From Planctomycetota bacterium (GTDB taxonomy: Bacteria > Planctomycetota > UBA1135 > UBA2386): DNA of 64,000 nucleotides. Below, piece by piece: positions 20,893 through 31,223 of this stretch. Both the position numbers and the translations under genes were made by a program. The stretch covers positions 5,120,001 to 5,184,000 of the forward strand of contig JBKAGP010000001.1 of assembly GCA_046290465.1 (NCBI GenBank), given 5' to 3'. Below the pieces are notes generated by a model. The model was not told the origin of the DNA. It saw nothing but the letters and a program-made list of their open reading frames with translations, and searched no databases. Position 1 is the first letter of the stretch, and each line of letters opens with the position of its first letter.

Positions 20893-22131
20893 ATGCGCCT
20901 CCGATCCGTCGCCTGTGCCCTGACGTTCGCCGCCGCGCCCGTGGCCCAGCAGGCGCCGACCGCGCCACCGCCAACCGAGCCACCGCCAACCGAGCGGCCG
21001 TCGACCGTGCTGCCATCACCCGGGCCGATCGCCGGCCTGGACCTCGGCGCCGATCCCGCGCAGAACGGCTGGACGTTCGAGTCGATCGGCTGGGCGCGCG
21101 ACGTCGGCCGCAAGCGGGTGCTGCGCGTCGGGCCCGAGGGCGACGCGGCGATGGCTGCCGGCGATGCCGACGGCGTGGTCCTGCGCGGCACGTCGCCGAC
21201 CGCGCGCGGCGACCTGGTCTCGCGGGGCTTCGCGCTGGGACCGCTGCGCTGGGTCGACGTCGAGGTCGAGTACCGACACCTCGAAGGCGAGGCGGCGCTG
21301 TTCGTCGGCCTGCGGCCGGTCGCCGACCGGCGCCAGGTCGACCTCGAGTCCGTGCCCGTTCGCGGCGCCAAGGCGCGCAGCGGCCGCGCCTCTGTCCGTC
21401 TGCACTCGGGGCTGGCCGAAGGCCCGTATGCGTTGTCGCTGTCGATCGCCGGTCGCGGGGCGGTGCAGATCCGGTCGGTCTCCGCGTCGATCGCCGGCGC
21501 CTACCGAGCCCCGACCAGGCCGCTCTGCGTGATCGACATCCGCACGACCAAGGACACCGCCGGCCCCAACCCGAACTTCGCCCGGGTCGCGTCGGTGTTC
21601 GGCTTCCCGTCGGTCGAGTACCTGCACTACACCCGCTACGAACGCGCCGCGCTCGACCAGATCGACCCGGCGCTGATCGTGCTGCCGGGCCTGATCTCGC
21701 TGAAGGGCGCCGACAGCGCCAAGATCGACGCGGTGGTCCGCGACGCGGTCCGCTTCGACGCGCCGGTCGTCGGCGTCTGCCTCGGCCACCAGGTGCTGGC
21801 GCGCGCGCACGGCGCGTCGCTGCGAAAGGGCGAACGCGAGTGGGGGCCGACCCGCATCGACGTCGTGCGCAAGGACCCGCTGTTCGCGGGGCTGCCGCGC
21901 GGCCGCGGCTTCTTCGCCTCGCAGTCGCATCGCTTCGAGGTGCGAGAACCCGTCGGCAAGATGCAGCGGATTGCGTCGTCGGACACCTGCCGCAACCAGG
22001 TGTTCCGCTACCGCGGCAAGCCCTGGTACACGTTCCAGGGGCACATCGAGCGCGGCTGGGAGGTCGCGTCGCCCGAGTCGTGCCTGCTGTGGAAGAACAT
22101 GCTGCGCGGCTGGCGGCTGATCCCCCGCTAG
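20893..22131 (+). CDS. Signal-peptide-bearing class I glutamine amidotransferase-like protein
   Basis: GVCLGHQ nucleophile elbow and FQGHIE; N-terminal signal peptide, Pro-rich linker and beta domain. Confidence 0.85.
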   Translation: MRLRSVACALTFAAAPVAQQAPTAPPPTEPPPTERPSTVLPSPGPIAGLDLGADPAQNGWTFESIGWARDVGRKRVLRVGPEGDAAMAAGDADGVVLRGTSPTARGDLVSRGFALGPLRWVDVEVEYRHLEGEAALFVGLRPVADRRQVDLESVPVRGAKARSGRASVRLHSGLAEGPYALSLSIAGRGAVQIRSVSASIAGAYRAPTRPLCVIDIRTTKDTAGPNPNFARVASVFGFPSVEYLHYTRYERAALDQIDPALIVLPGLISLKGADSAKIDAVVRDAVRFDAPVVGVCLGHQVLARAHGASLRKGEREWGPTRIDVVRKDPLFAGLPRGRGFFASQSHRFEVREPVGKMQRIASSDTCRNQVFRYRGKPWYTFQGHIERGWEVASPESCLLWKNMLRGWRLIPR

Positions 22132-22162
22132 GAGCGCGTCCACTACCTGGACGCGCTCCTAG
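22128..22162. repeat. CTAG-terminated 35-bp inverted repeat, copy 1
   Basis: CTAGGAGCGCGTCCA-CTACC-TGGACGCGCTCCTAG; its TAG is the upstream stop codon. Confidence 0.85.
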
Positions 22163-22204
22163 GGCCACTTGTCGGGTCGGAGGCGGCCTGCTAGCGTCGT
22201 CGAC

Positions 22205-23662
22205 ATGGGAAGAAACTCGATCGCAGCCATCGCGATCCTCGCGACCACCGTCTCGGCGCAGGTCCCCAGCTTCGGCGTGGAGACCCCGACCGCACTGGCC
22301 AACCGGGTCTTCGTTCGTTCGGCCGTCGCCGACCTCGACGGCGACGGCGACCTCGACCTGTTCGGCGTCAGCCAGGCCCCCAACGTCTACAGCGTGTTCC
22401 GCAACGACGGCGACGTCCTGGGCCGCCTCCGGATGACCAACGTCAGCAACGCTGCGTTTGCGTCGGCGACCGTGCGCGGCAGCTGTGAGGCGCTGTTCGA
22501 TGCGGACGGCGACGGGGATCTCGACCTGTTCGTCGGCGGCGGCGGCACGTTTGCGGGGATGTACCGCAACTCGGGCTCGGGCACGTTCACCAAGGTCCAG
22601 TCGCTGCTGTTCGCGGCCTGGCCGTCGGCGGCGACCGCGGCCGACCTCGACGGCGACGGCGACCTCGATCTGGTGCTGTCCGGCGATGGCGACACCAACG
22701 CCGAACACGAGATCGCGATCAACGACGGCACCGGCACGTTCTCCGCCGGGCCGTCGTTCGGCATCCCGTGGCGCGGTCGCATGGTGGACATCGACTTCGA
22801 CTCGGACGGCGATCGCGACCTGCTGATTGTCGAACGGCTGTCGTCGACGGTCGTCGGCAGCCACCGGCTGCTGCGCAATGACGGCGGACTGACGTTCACC
22901 GACGTCAGCGCGGCGCAGCTGCTGATGTCGCCAGCGCCGCAACCGACCCAGCTGCTGGTCCGCGACGTCGACGGCGACGGCGACGAGGACGTCGTGATGG
23001 CGTCCCAGTACTACGCCCTGATCCTCGACAACGACAACGGCCAGCTGCGCGACGGCCACGGCATGAACGGCGGCAGGTCGGTCGCGGTGACCGACGTCGA
23101 CGGCGACGGCGACCTCGACATTCTGCGGCTGAAGGGCACGCCCGCCACCCTGCACCTCGAACGCAACGACGGACAGGGCGGCTTCCAGTCCTGGAACGTC
23201 GTGCCGAGCTACTGGGCCGAGCACCTGACCGTCGCCGACTTCGACCGCGACGGCGACGACGAGGTCGTGCTCGGCAGCCCGCTGGCATTCGTCAACGTGC
23301 TGCGCAACCGGCAGCTCGACCTGGTCGTCTCGACGCCGACGGTCGGCCAGAGCTGGTCCGTCGAGGTGCGCAGCTACCCGGGGTATGCGACGGCGGCGGC
23401 GCCGATGCTGCTCGCCGTCGGGCTCGCCCGGCTGCCGCAAGCGGTCGAACTGCCGCCGCTCGGCGTGCTGCACGTCGACCTGTCGCTGCCCAACCTGCAG
23501 GTCGCCGACGTGCTGCCGGCGCCGGCCGGCCAGCGCACGTCGACGTTCGCGATCCCGAACGTCGCCGGGCTCGCCGGCATCGCGCTGCACACGCAGGTGT
23601 TGGTCGACCGCGGCCCGCTGCCGCCGCGGCTGACCGCGGTGCGTTCGGTGGTGGTGCAGTAG
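22205..23662 (+). CDS. FG-GAP/VCBS repeat secreted protein with shared C-terminal domain
   Basis: Seven DxDGDGDxD repeats; signal peptide ...VSAQ; ends IPNVAGLAGIALHTQ. Confidence 0.92.
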   Translation: MGRNSIAAIAILATTVSAQVPSFGVETPTALANRVFVRSAVADLDGDGDLDLFGVSQAPNVYSVFRNDGDVLGRLRMTNVSNAAFASATVRGSCEALFDADGDGDLDLFVGGGGTFAGMYRNSGSGTFTKVQSLLFAAWPSAATAADLDGDGDLDLVLSGDGDTNAEHEIAINDGTGTFSAGPSFGIPWRGRMVDIDFDSDGDRDLLIVERLSSTVVGSHRLLRNDGGLTFTDVSAAQLLMSPAPQPTQLLVRDVDGDGDEDVVMASQYYALILDNDNGQLRDGHGMNGGRSVAVTDVDGDGDLDILRLKGTPATLHLERNDGQGGFQSWNVVPSYWAEHLTVADFDRDGDDEVVLGSPLAFVNVLRNRQLDLVVSTPTVGQSWSVEVRSYPGYATAAAPMLLAVGLARLPQAVELPPLGVLHVDLSLPNLQVADVLPAPAGQRTSTFAIPNVAGLAGIALHTQVLVDRGPLPPRLTAVRSVVVQ

Positions 23663-23923
23663 CGGCGTCGCGGCCCGACAGCGTCGGGGCCGGCCGTCAG
23701 CGCTTCGCCATCGGCACCGACAGGGTCTGCATGCACAGCTTGCGGATCGCGGCCATCACCGGCCCGCCGGTGCTGGAGTGGAACGCGCCGAGCGCCGCGG
23801 TCCCGGGTGGGCGCAGAAGAACGTCAGCCCGATCCGTTCGCCGCCGTCGATTCGCCGCGCTTATCGCACCGTCCTCGGCAACCGCCCGCAACCGATCGAC
23901 CGGCGCGGCTACCTTCGCTCGTG

Positions 23924-24730
23924 ATGCGCCTGCCAACGAACGCCGTCCGCGCCGCTGCCTGCGTCGCGCTGTTGTGGTCCACGTCGTGCACGGCGATGCT
24001 CGACCCGCACCGCTTCGAGCAGGTGCGCTACGGCATGGCCCACGACGAGGTCGAGCAGGTGCTCGAGGTCGCGGTGCGCGACCGCCTGCGGGTGCTGCCC
24101 GAGCAGCCCGGCGACCCCGAGTGGCTGCTCGACGGCTACTGGTCCGAACACCCGCATCCGGTCTACGTGGTCGCCTACCGCGATGGAGAACTGGCGAGCG
24201 TGCTGCACCAGGGCGACCTGCCGGACGACCTGCGCTTCGTCGGCGCACCGATGGGGCACCAACGGATCACGCGGCTGGTCGCCACGTTCGCGGCGACCCG
24301 CCATCCGCTCGCCTGGGCCGAGCTCGAGCCGATCGACGCGACCGCCCGGCGCGACGGCCTCGATCCGACGACCCACACCGTGCTGCTGCTGGTCGTGTTC
24401 CCGCCGGCGCTGGTCGGTCTGGCCATGCTGCCGGTCGTCTGGCTGACGATGCCGCTGTTCGAGGGCGACGTGAGCGAACTTCGCATGCAGCTGTCGGCGC
24501 GCGCGCTGTCGTTGCCGGCGGGCTGCACGCGCGAACGGGCGGCGGCGACGCTCGGTGAGCCGAGGGAGCGGCGGCCGGTCGACGGCGAACCGGACGTCGA
24601 GCTGTGGGACTACTGGGTCGAGGACAACCTGAGCTCCGACTTCAGCTGCCGGCTCGGCTTCGTCGGCGACCGCCTGCGGTGGGTGCAGGCGAGCCGGCCG
24701 GGGGCCACCGTGCGATCCTCGCGGCCTTGA
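23924..24730 (+). CDS. Lipoprotein with two SmpA/BamE-like segments and an internal TM stretch
   Basis: Lipobox-like WSTSC; FEQVRYGMAHDEVEQVL and LPAGCTRERAAATLGEP...WDY motifs. Confidence 0.6.
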   Translation: MRLPTNAVRAAACVALLWSTSCTAMLDPHRFEQVRYGMAHDEVEQVLEVAVRDRLRVLPEQPGDPEWLLDGYWSEHPHPVYVVAYRDGELASVLHQGDLPDDLRFVGAPMGHQRITRLVATFAATRHPLAWAELEPIDATARRDGLDPTTHTVLLLVVFPPALVGLAMLPVVWLTMPLFEGDVSELRMQLSARALSLPAGCTRERAAATLGEPRERRPVDGEPDVELWDYWVEDNLSSDFSCRLGFVGDRLRWVQASRPGATVRSSRP

Positions 24731-24734
24731 GGAT

Positions 24735-24968
24735 ATGCGTGCGGGCTATCGTGAACGGCTGCGACAGCGATACCCCGGCGATGTGGAGTTGCGATCGTTG
24801 ATGACCTTGGGCTGGGCGATGCATTGGGCCGAGTGCGAGCCCGGCGAGCAAACCGTGGAACGCATGTTGGAGCGGTTGGCGGCTGCCCGCGACGCCGGTT
24901 CGGAGTCGGTCGTCGTCTGGCGACTCGATTCGCTGGCCGAGGCCCTGCGCAAGCAGTTCGGCCGCTGA
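24735..24968 (+). CDS. Small protein resembling a degenerate serine-recombinase catalytic domain (possible remnant)
   Basis: MRAGY...VVVWRLDSL resembles resolvase GYxRxS...VVxkLDRL but lacks the catalytic Ser; GAGGA immediately upstream. Confidence 0.4.
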   Translation: MRAGYRERLRQRYPGDVELRSLMTLGWAMHWAECEPGEQTVERMLERLAAARDAGSESVVVWRLDSLAEALRKQFGR

Positions 24969-25009
24969 CCTTCCGGTCGCGGGGCCGCGCCGCTACGCTC
25001 CCTCGCCCA

Positions 25010-26743
25010 ATGCGTCTCAGCAACATTCTGATCCAGACCCTCCGCGAGGACCCGTCCGACGCGGAGATCCCGAGCCACAAGCTGCTCGCGCGCGCGGGCT
25101 TCATCGTCAAGACCGCCGCCGGCGTCTACACCTACTCGCCGCTGATGTGGCGCGTGGTGAAGAAGTTCGCGCAGATCGTGCGCGAGGAGCTCGATCGCGA
25201 GGGTGCCAACGAGGTGATGCTGCCGATCATCCAGCCGAAGGAGCTGTGGCAGTCGAGTGGCCGCTGGGATCGCTACGTCAGCGACGGGATCATGTTTACG
25301 TTGAAGGACCGCAAGGGCTCCGACATGTGCCTCGGCCCGACGCACGAAGAGGTGATGACCGACTTCGTCAGCTCGCAGGTCAACAGCTACAAGCAGATGC
25401 CGGTCAACTGCTACCAGATCCAGGACAAGTTCCGGGACGAGATCCGGCCGCGCTTCGGGCTGATGCGCGGACGCGAGTTCATCATGATGGACGCGTACTC
25501 GTTCGACGCGGATGCCTCGGGTCTCGACGTCGCCTACCAGAAGATGCGCGACGCCTACTGCCGGATCTTCGAGCGCTGTGGCGTCGACTACACCGTCGTG
25601 CAGGCCGACTCGGGCGCGATCGGCGGCGCGGGCAGCGAGGAGTTCATGGTGATTGCCGACGCCGGTGAGGACGCGATTCTGTTCTGTCGCGAGAGCGGCT
25701 ACGCGGCCAACGTCGAGAAGGCGAGCAGCCGCCTGCCCGACGCGCCCGACGGTGGCGAGGTCGCCGCGCTGGAAAAGCACGAGACCCCGGACGTGAAGAC
25801 GGTGGCGCAGCTCGAAGCGTTCTTCCCGGAGTGGGTCGCGGGCCGCATGGCCAAGACGGTGCTCTACAAGGCGACGTTCGCCGAGGAGGAGAAGATCGTC
25901 GCGGTGATGCAGCGCGGCGATCTCGAGATCAACGAGGTCAAGCTGGTCAACGCGCTCGACGCGCTCAACGTCGAGCTGGCGACCGACGAGGAGATCCGAC
26001 AGGCCACCGGTGCCGACACCGGGTTCGCCGGCCCGGTCAACCTGCCGGAGGAGGTCACGCTGCTGGCCGACAAGTCGCTCAAGGACCGCACCAACCTGCT
26101 GACCGGCTGCAACGAGACGGGCTACCACTGCCTCAACGTCAACCTCGGCCGCGACTCGCGCATGCCGGCGTTCCACGACCTGCGGCTGGCGCGCGCCGGC
26201 GAGGGCGACCCGACGACCGGCGCGCCGCTCGAGCAGGCGCGCGGCATCGAGGTCGGCCACATCTTCAAGCTCGGCACCAAGTACTCGGAGGCGATGGGCG
26301 CGACGTTCATGGCGCAGAACGGCAAGCCGACGCCGTTCGTGATGGGCTGCTACGGCATCGGCGTGTCGCGCACGCCGGCCGCCGCCGTCGAGCAGCACCA
26401 CGACGACAAGGGCATCGTCTGGCCGGTGCCGATCGCGCCGTTCCAGTGCGTGGTCGCGTTCCTCGACAAGAAGCGCAGCGAGCAGATCGAGCTGGCCGAG
26501 AAGCTCTACGGCGAACTGCAGCAGGCGGGCGTCGAGGTCTGCTACGACGACCGGATCCTGTCGCCGGGCGCCAAGTTCAAGGACCACGAGCTGATCGGAT
26601 TGCCGGTGCAGGTGTTCGTCGGTCGCAACGCCGCCGAGGGCAAGGTCGAGCTGCTGATCCGCAAGGGGCTGCACAAGGTCGAGTGCGGTGCCGACGAGGT
26701 GGTCGCGAAGGTGCGGGAAGCGCTCGCCGCCGGGCAGGCCTGA
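25010..26743 (+). CDS. proS: Proline--tRNA ligase
   Basis: LGPTHEE, FRDEIRPRFGLMRGREF, GIEVGHIFKLG, MGCYGIGVSR. Confidence 0.98.
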   Translation: MRLSNILIQTLREDPSDAEIPSHKLLARAGFIVKTAAGVYTYSPLMWRVVKKFAQIVREELDREGANEVMLPIIQPKELWQSSGRWDRYVSDGIMFTLKDRKGSDMCLGPTHEEVMTDFVSSQVNSYKQMPVNCYQIQDKFRDEIRPRFGLMRGREFIMMDAYSFDADASGLDVAYQKMRDAYCRIFERCGVDYTVVQADSGAIGGAGSEEFMVIADAGEDAILFCRESGYAANVEKASSRLPDAPDGGEVAALEKHETPDVKTVAQLEAFFPEWVAGRMAKTVLYKATFAEEEKIVAVMQRGDLEINEVKLVNALDALNVELATDEEIRQATGADTGFAGPVNLPEEVTLLADKSLKDRTNLLTGCNETGYHCLNVNLGRDSRMPAFHDLRLARAGEGDPTTGAPLEQARGIEVGHIFKLGTKYSEAMGATFMAQNGKPTPFVMGCYGIGVSRTPAAAVEQHHDDKGIVWPVPIAPFQCVVAFLDKKRSEQIELAEKLYGELQQAGVEVCYDDRILSPGAKFKDHELIGLPVQVFVGRNAAEGKVELLIRKGLHKVECGADEVVAKVREALAAGQA

Positions 26744-26974
26744 GCAGCACGTTCGCGCGCACGGTCGCGGTTGCCCTGCAAGCCAGGCGGGCCCCAATTC
26801 GGCAGGCCCTGCATCGACAGGTCCTGTAACGACAGTGGCTTCCGTTGAGCCCGCGGCAACGGGCCGCGATCGGCGCCCGGAATCGCTCCGCGATCGGCAA
26901 CCTGCGCCCTTTGCCGGACTACACCCTGGTGCCCTCTCTGCCACCACGGTCGCCCGCGACCGGAGGAACGATCG

Positions 26975-29116
26975 ATGCTGCACCCATGGGGAACCGCTAC
27001 GGCCCGCGCCACGCTCGCGGGAGGTCTGCTCGCTGTCGGAACGCTCGCCCAGTGTGAGCCCGGCGGATACCCGAACCAACCGACCCCGCCGATCATCGCG
27101 CCGCGGCCGGCATCGACCGGTCCGGGGGGACCGGGCGACGTCGTGCCCGCCTCGCCGCGACCGGCGGGACCGACCACTGGCCGGCCGACCGGCCCGGCTC
27201 CGGCCACCGGTGGCCCGGCGCCCGGCCCGACCGGCGCGGCGCCGCGCGGACCGGCGGCTGCCGGGCCCGTCACCGGCAGCCCCGCAGGGCCCCGCGCCGG
27301 CGCGCCGCGACCGGCGGGTGGCGGCGCGCCGCGCACCGGCCCACGCGGCATGCCGATCGGCGAGGACCTGAGCACCTGGCGCCACTGGTGGGACTTCAAC
27401 CAGGACCGCTTCCTGCCGTTCGAGTCGGGCAAGGTGGCGCAGACCGGCTCCGACGACTTCTACCTGGGCGCGACCCGCACGCGCAGCGCGTCGGCCGCGA
27501 GCGTCGACGCCAACCGGGTGCACGACGAGGTCCTGCCGGCGCTGCGGCGCGCGATCGAAGCGGGGCCGAGCGACGTGACGGCCAACGGCCTGATCGCGCT
27601 GGCGCGCGTCGGCGTCGACCACCGCGACTGGCGCATCACCGACGTGATCGCGGCGCGGCTCGGCGACGGCGACCAGCGGGTGCGCGAGACCGCGGCCTTG
27701 GCGCTCGGCCTGGCCGGGCACACCGACGGCCGCCGCCGCATGCAGTTGATCGCGGTGCTGCGTGACGACGCCGGCGGCCGGGCGCTGGTCGGCCACGCCG
27801 TCAGCGACCGCACCCGTTCGTTCGCTGCCTACGGCCTCGGCCTGCTGGCCAGCCGCACCGACAAGAACGCGACCAAGCGCGCGGTGTTCGAAGCGCTGGC
27901 CGACGTGCTGCTCGACGAGACGGTCGTCGCGCGCGACGTGCGCGTCGCGGCGCTGCAGGCGATCGGCCTGCTCGACATCGATCGCAAGAGCTACCGCGGC
28001 GCCCGCCTGACCCAGGAGGTGCTGGCGACGCTCGAGACGTTCTTTGCCGCGGACCGCGGCGTCGGCGAGCAGCAGGTGCAGGCGCACTGTCCGACCGCGA
28101 TTGCGCGCATGCTCGACCGCGACGATCCGGGCGCCGAACGGCACAAGGAGCGCTTCGCGGCGATCCTCGAGGGCAAGGGTCTCGACGGCCGCAAGACCAG
28201 GCGCCGCGTGCAGCACGCGGTCGCGCAGTCGTGCGCGCTGGCGCTCGGCCAGCTGGTGCGCCCCAACGAGGACGGCGACGCGAGCAAGGACCGCGACGTG
28301 CGCTTCAGCGAGGTGCTGCGCGCGACCTGGAAGTCGCACAAGGACGCCCAGACCCGCAGCTTTGCGGTGCTGGCGCTCGGCCAGATCGGTGGCGCCGACA
28401 ACCGCGAGTTCCTGCTCAAGGCGGTCGACCGCGCGTCGCGCAACCTCGAGCAGCCGTGGTGCGCGCTGGCGCTCGGCCTGTGCGCCGAGCAGCGCCAGCA
28501 GCGGACCGGCGCAGTCGACACGTTCGCCGCCGAGACGCTGATGCGCTGCTTCGACCGCGCCAAGAACCCCGAGGCCGTCGGTGCGTTCGCGATCGCGCTC
28601 GGCCTCGCCGGCTGCGACGCGTCGCGCGGCAAGCTCGCCAAGGCGCTGCCCCGCAACGTCGGCAAGGACGTCGCCCCGGGGGCGATCTGCCAGGCGCTGT
28701 CGATGCTGGACGCGAACGCCTCGCAGGTCGAACTGCGCAAGGCGCTCGACAAGTGCGACCGGCGGCCGGAGCTGTACGAAGAGGCGACGCGCGCGCTCGG
28801 TCGGCTCGGCGACGCCGAGATCGCCGAGGCGCTGCTGCAGCGGCTGGTGCGCGGCGAGGCCAACTACGAGATGCAGCTGGCGCTGGCGACGGCGCTGTCC
28901 GACGTCGGCGGCGCGGCGCAGGTGGCGCCGCTGGTCGAGGTCGTGCGCGACGCGTCGCGCAGCGCGGTCACGCGCGCCGGTGCGGCCCGCGCGCTCGGCG
29001 GCATCGTCGATCGCAAGCCGATCCGCTGGAACACGCTGCTGCGCGAGAACGCCAACTACCGCGCCGCGGTGGCGACGCTGACGGACGGCAACCGCGGCGT
29101 GCTCGACCTGCGCTGA
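26975..29116 (+). CDS. Secreted HEAT-repeat protein with Pro/Gly-rich N-terminal region
   Basis: GGAGG SD; signal peptide ...TLAQ; WRHWWDFNQD; repeated ALALG HEAT-like units. Confidence 0.85.
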   Translation: MLHPWGTATARATLAGGLLAVGTLAQCEPGGYPNQPTPPIIAPRPASTGPGGPGDVVPASPRPAGPTTGRPTGPAPATGGPAPGPTGAAPRGPAAAGPVTGSPAGPRAGAPRPAGGGAPRTGPRGMPIGEDLSTWRHWWDFNQDRFLPFESGKVAQTGSDDFYLGATRTRSASAASVDANRVHDEVLPALRRAIEAGPSDVTANGLIALARVGVDHRDWRITDVIAARLGDGDQRVRETAALALGLAGHTDGRRRMQLIAVLRDDAGGRALVGHAVSDRTRSFAAYGLGLLASRTDKNATKRAVFEALADVLLDETVVARDVRVAALQAIGLLDIDRKSYRGARLTQEVLATLETFFAADRGVGEQQVQAHCPTAIARMLDRDDPGAERHKERFAAILEGKGLDGRKTRRRVQHAVAQSCALALGQLVRPNEDGDASKDRDVRFSEVLRATWKSHKDAQTRSFAVLALGQIGGADNREFLLKAVDRASRNLEQPWCALALGLCAEQRQQRTGAVDTFAAETLMRCFDRAKNPEAVGAFAIALGLAGCDASRGKLAKALPRNVGKDVAPGAICQALSMLDANASQVELRKALDKCDRRPELYEEATRALGRLGDAEIAEALLQRLVRGEANYEMQLALATALSDVGGAAQVAPLVEVVRDASRSAVTRAGAARALGGIVDRKPIRWNTLLRENANYRAAVATLTDGNRGVLDLR

Positions 29117-29173
29117 GCAGGTCGCCGCTGTGGCGGGTGGCCGCGCTCCGGATCGCGGCGCCCGTCTCCAGCC

Positions 29174-30061
29174 CTACGAATCCGTTCGCCGGCGGAACAG
29201 CCGCGCGAAGTCCGGTTCGCCGAACGCCCGGACCGTGACCTGCTCGCCGTCGCCGGGGCTCGGGAAGCGCAGCTCGGCGCCGTGCAGCATCGTGCGCCGC
29301 ACGCCGAACGTCGCGCGCGCCTGCTCGTTCCTTGCGGCGTCGCCGTAGCGCGCATCGCCGAGCAGCGGGTGGCCGATCGCGCTCAGGTGGGCGCGGATCT
29401 GGTGGGTACGGCCGGTCTCGAGGTCGACGCGCACGTGCGTGTAGCCGGTGCGTCGCGCCAGCACGGTGACGTGCGACACGCTCGGCTGGCCGTCGTCGGC
29501 GACGACCGTCTTCGGCTGGTCGCCGCGCGGTTCGTCGGTCACGCGCAGCGGCAGGTCGATGGTGCGGCGGTCGTCATCGAGTTCGCCGACGGCGATCGCC
29601 TCGTAGGAGCGCGCGATCCGGCCGTTCTCCATCGCCGCGCCGAGCGCGCGCAGGGCGTCCGGCGTGACCCCGACCAGCAGCAGTCCCGACGCGTCGCGGT
29701 CGAGCCGGTGGGCGAGGCCGCTCTTCGGCAGCGAGTCCTGCAGCGCGTCGGCGACCGACCTGTCGACCAGCGGGCCTTGGTGCACGGCGAGGCCCGGCGG
29801 CTTGTGCAGCACCATGACGTCGTCGTTGGCGTGCACGACCGGGATGCCGAGCCGCAGCGACCAGGTCGCCAGCTGCTCGTCGAACGCGACCACGTCGTCG
29901 GTGCGCACGCGCGTGGTGCCGTCGCGGCGCACGCCGTTGAGCGCGACCGCGCCGATCGCGCACAGCTGCCGCGCCTGCTTCTGCGACAGGCCGCCGAACT
30001 CGCGCACGAGCGCGTCGAGGCGGCGGCCGCCGAGGTCCCGTTCGACGGTGCGTTCGATCAC
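29174..30061 (-). CDS. RluA-family RNA pseudouridine synthase
   Basis: S4-like N-terminus; KPPGL, HRLDRDASGLL, TGRTHQIRAH. Confidence 0.95.
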   Translation of the reverse strand: MIERTVERDLGGRRLDALVREFGGLSQKQARQLCAIGAVALNGVRRDGTTRVRTDDVVAFDEQLATWSLRLGIPVVHANDDVMVLHKPPGLAVHQGPLVDRSVADALQDSLPKSGLAHRLDRDASGLLLVGVTPDALRALGAAMENGRIARSYEAIAVGELDDDRRTIDLPLRVTDEPRGDQPKTVVADDGQPSVSHVTVLARRTGYTHVRVDLETGRTHQIRAHLSAIGHPLLGDARYGDAARNEQARATFGVRRTMLHGAELRFPSPGDGEQVTVRAFGEPDFARLFRRRTDS

Positions 30062-30065
30062 GCGA

Positions 30066-31223
30066 CTAGACGCGCGTGCCTTCGAGCAGCTCGACGAACC
30101 GCTTGAACAGGTAGAGCGCGTCGTGCGGGCCGGGCGCGGCCTCGGGGTGGTACTGCACCGAGAACACCGGCAGCTCCTTGTGGCGCAGGCCCTCGACCGT
30201 GTCGTCGTTGAGGTTCTTGTGCGTCACCACGACCGAGTCCGGCAGCGAGTCGCCGTCGACCGCGTAGCTGTGGTTCTGCGAGGTGATCTCGACCTTGTCG
30301 GTGGTCAGGTCGATCACCGGCTGGTTGCCGCCGTGGTGGCCGAACTTCATCTTGTAGGTCTTGCCGCCGAACGTCTGCGCCAGGATCTGGTGGCCGAGGC
30401 AGATGCCGAACACCGGCACCGCCTGCACCAGCGTCCTGGCCGCCTCGATGCCGTAGGCGCAGACCTGTGGGTCGCCGGGGCCGTTGCTCAGGAACACGCC
30501 GTCGGGCTTGCGCTCGAGCACCGCCTCGGCCGGGGTGTCGGCCGGCACGACCGTGACGTCGAGGCCGCAGGCGGCGAGCGAGCGCAGGATGTTGCGCTTC
30601 GCGCCGAAGTCGTAGGCGACGATGCTGTGGCGCTTGCCGCCGGTGTGCAGGTGCGGCGGCGGCGCGCTGAACGTCGATTCGTAGCCCTTCTCCCACGCGT
30701 GGATCTCGGACGTCGTGACCTTCAGCACGTGGTCGACGTCGGCGACCTTCGGCGCCGCCTTGACCTTGGCGACGAGGTCGGCCTCGCTGGACGTCATGTC
30801 GCGGGTGATCAGCACGCGCTGCTCGCCGCGGTCGCGCACGCGGCGCGTCAGCATGCGGGTGTCGACGCCCTCGATGCCCGGCACGCCGTGCTGGTTGAGG
30901 TAGTCGTGCAGTTCGGTGCCCGAACGGAAGTTGCTGGCGCGGCTGCAGGCCTCGCGCACGACCAGGCCCGACAGCCACAGCCGGGTCGACTCCTCGTCCT
31001 CGCCCGACACGCCGTAGTTGCCGATGTGCGGCTGCGTCAGCAGCACGGTCTGGCCGCGGTAGGACGGGTCGGTCAGGATCTCCTGGTAGCCCGTCATCGA
31101 CGTGTTGAACACCAGCTCGCCGAAGCGGTCGTCGGCCGAGCCGAAGCCGCGTCCCACGAGCACCGTTCCATCCTCGAGCACGAGTCGGGCGGGCGGACGA
31201 ACGGGGCGGCTTTTGGTGCTCAA
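30066..31223 (-). CDS. carA: Carbamoyl-phosphate synthase small subunit
   Basis: [36 protein letters not shown]. Confidence 0.98.
   Translation of the reverse strand: MSTKSRPVRPPARLVLEDGTVLVGRGFGSADDRFGELVFNTSMTGYQEILTDPSYRGQTVLLTQPHIGNYGVSGEDEESTRLWLSGLVVREACSRASNFRSGTELHDYLNQHGVPGIEGVDTRMLTRRVRDRGEQRVLITRDMTSSEADLVAKVKAAPKVADVDHVLKVTTSEIHAWEKGYESTFSAPPPHLHTGGKRHSIVAYDFGAKRNILRSLAACGLDVTVVPADTPAEAVLERKPDGVFLSNGPGDPQVCAYGIEAARTLVQAVPVFGICLGHQILAQTFGGKTYKMKFGHHGGNQPVIDLTTDKVEITSQNHSYAVDGDSLPDSVVVTHKNLNDDTVEGLRHKELPVFSVQYHPEAAPGPHDALYLFKRFVELLEGTRV

Noticed and set aside
18276..23590. Apparent giant ORFs 18276..21371 and 19787..23590, suggesting fusions
   Set aside because: Only the 3' parts are protein-like. 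Internal starts with signal peptides (19751, 20830) explain them; the extensions are Arg/Pro-rich off-frame sequence.
26744..26974. Intergenic region after proS as a T-box or ncRNA
   Set aside because: It lies downstream of proS with no T-box motif; only a weak ECF-like GCAAC..GACTA promoter candidate.
24746..28339. 1197-aa minus-strand ORF
   Set aside because: Antisense shadow of proS and the HEAT gene; no motifs; long shadow ORFs are expected at this GC.
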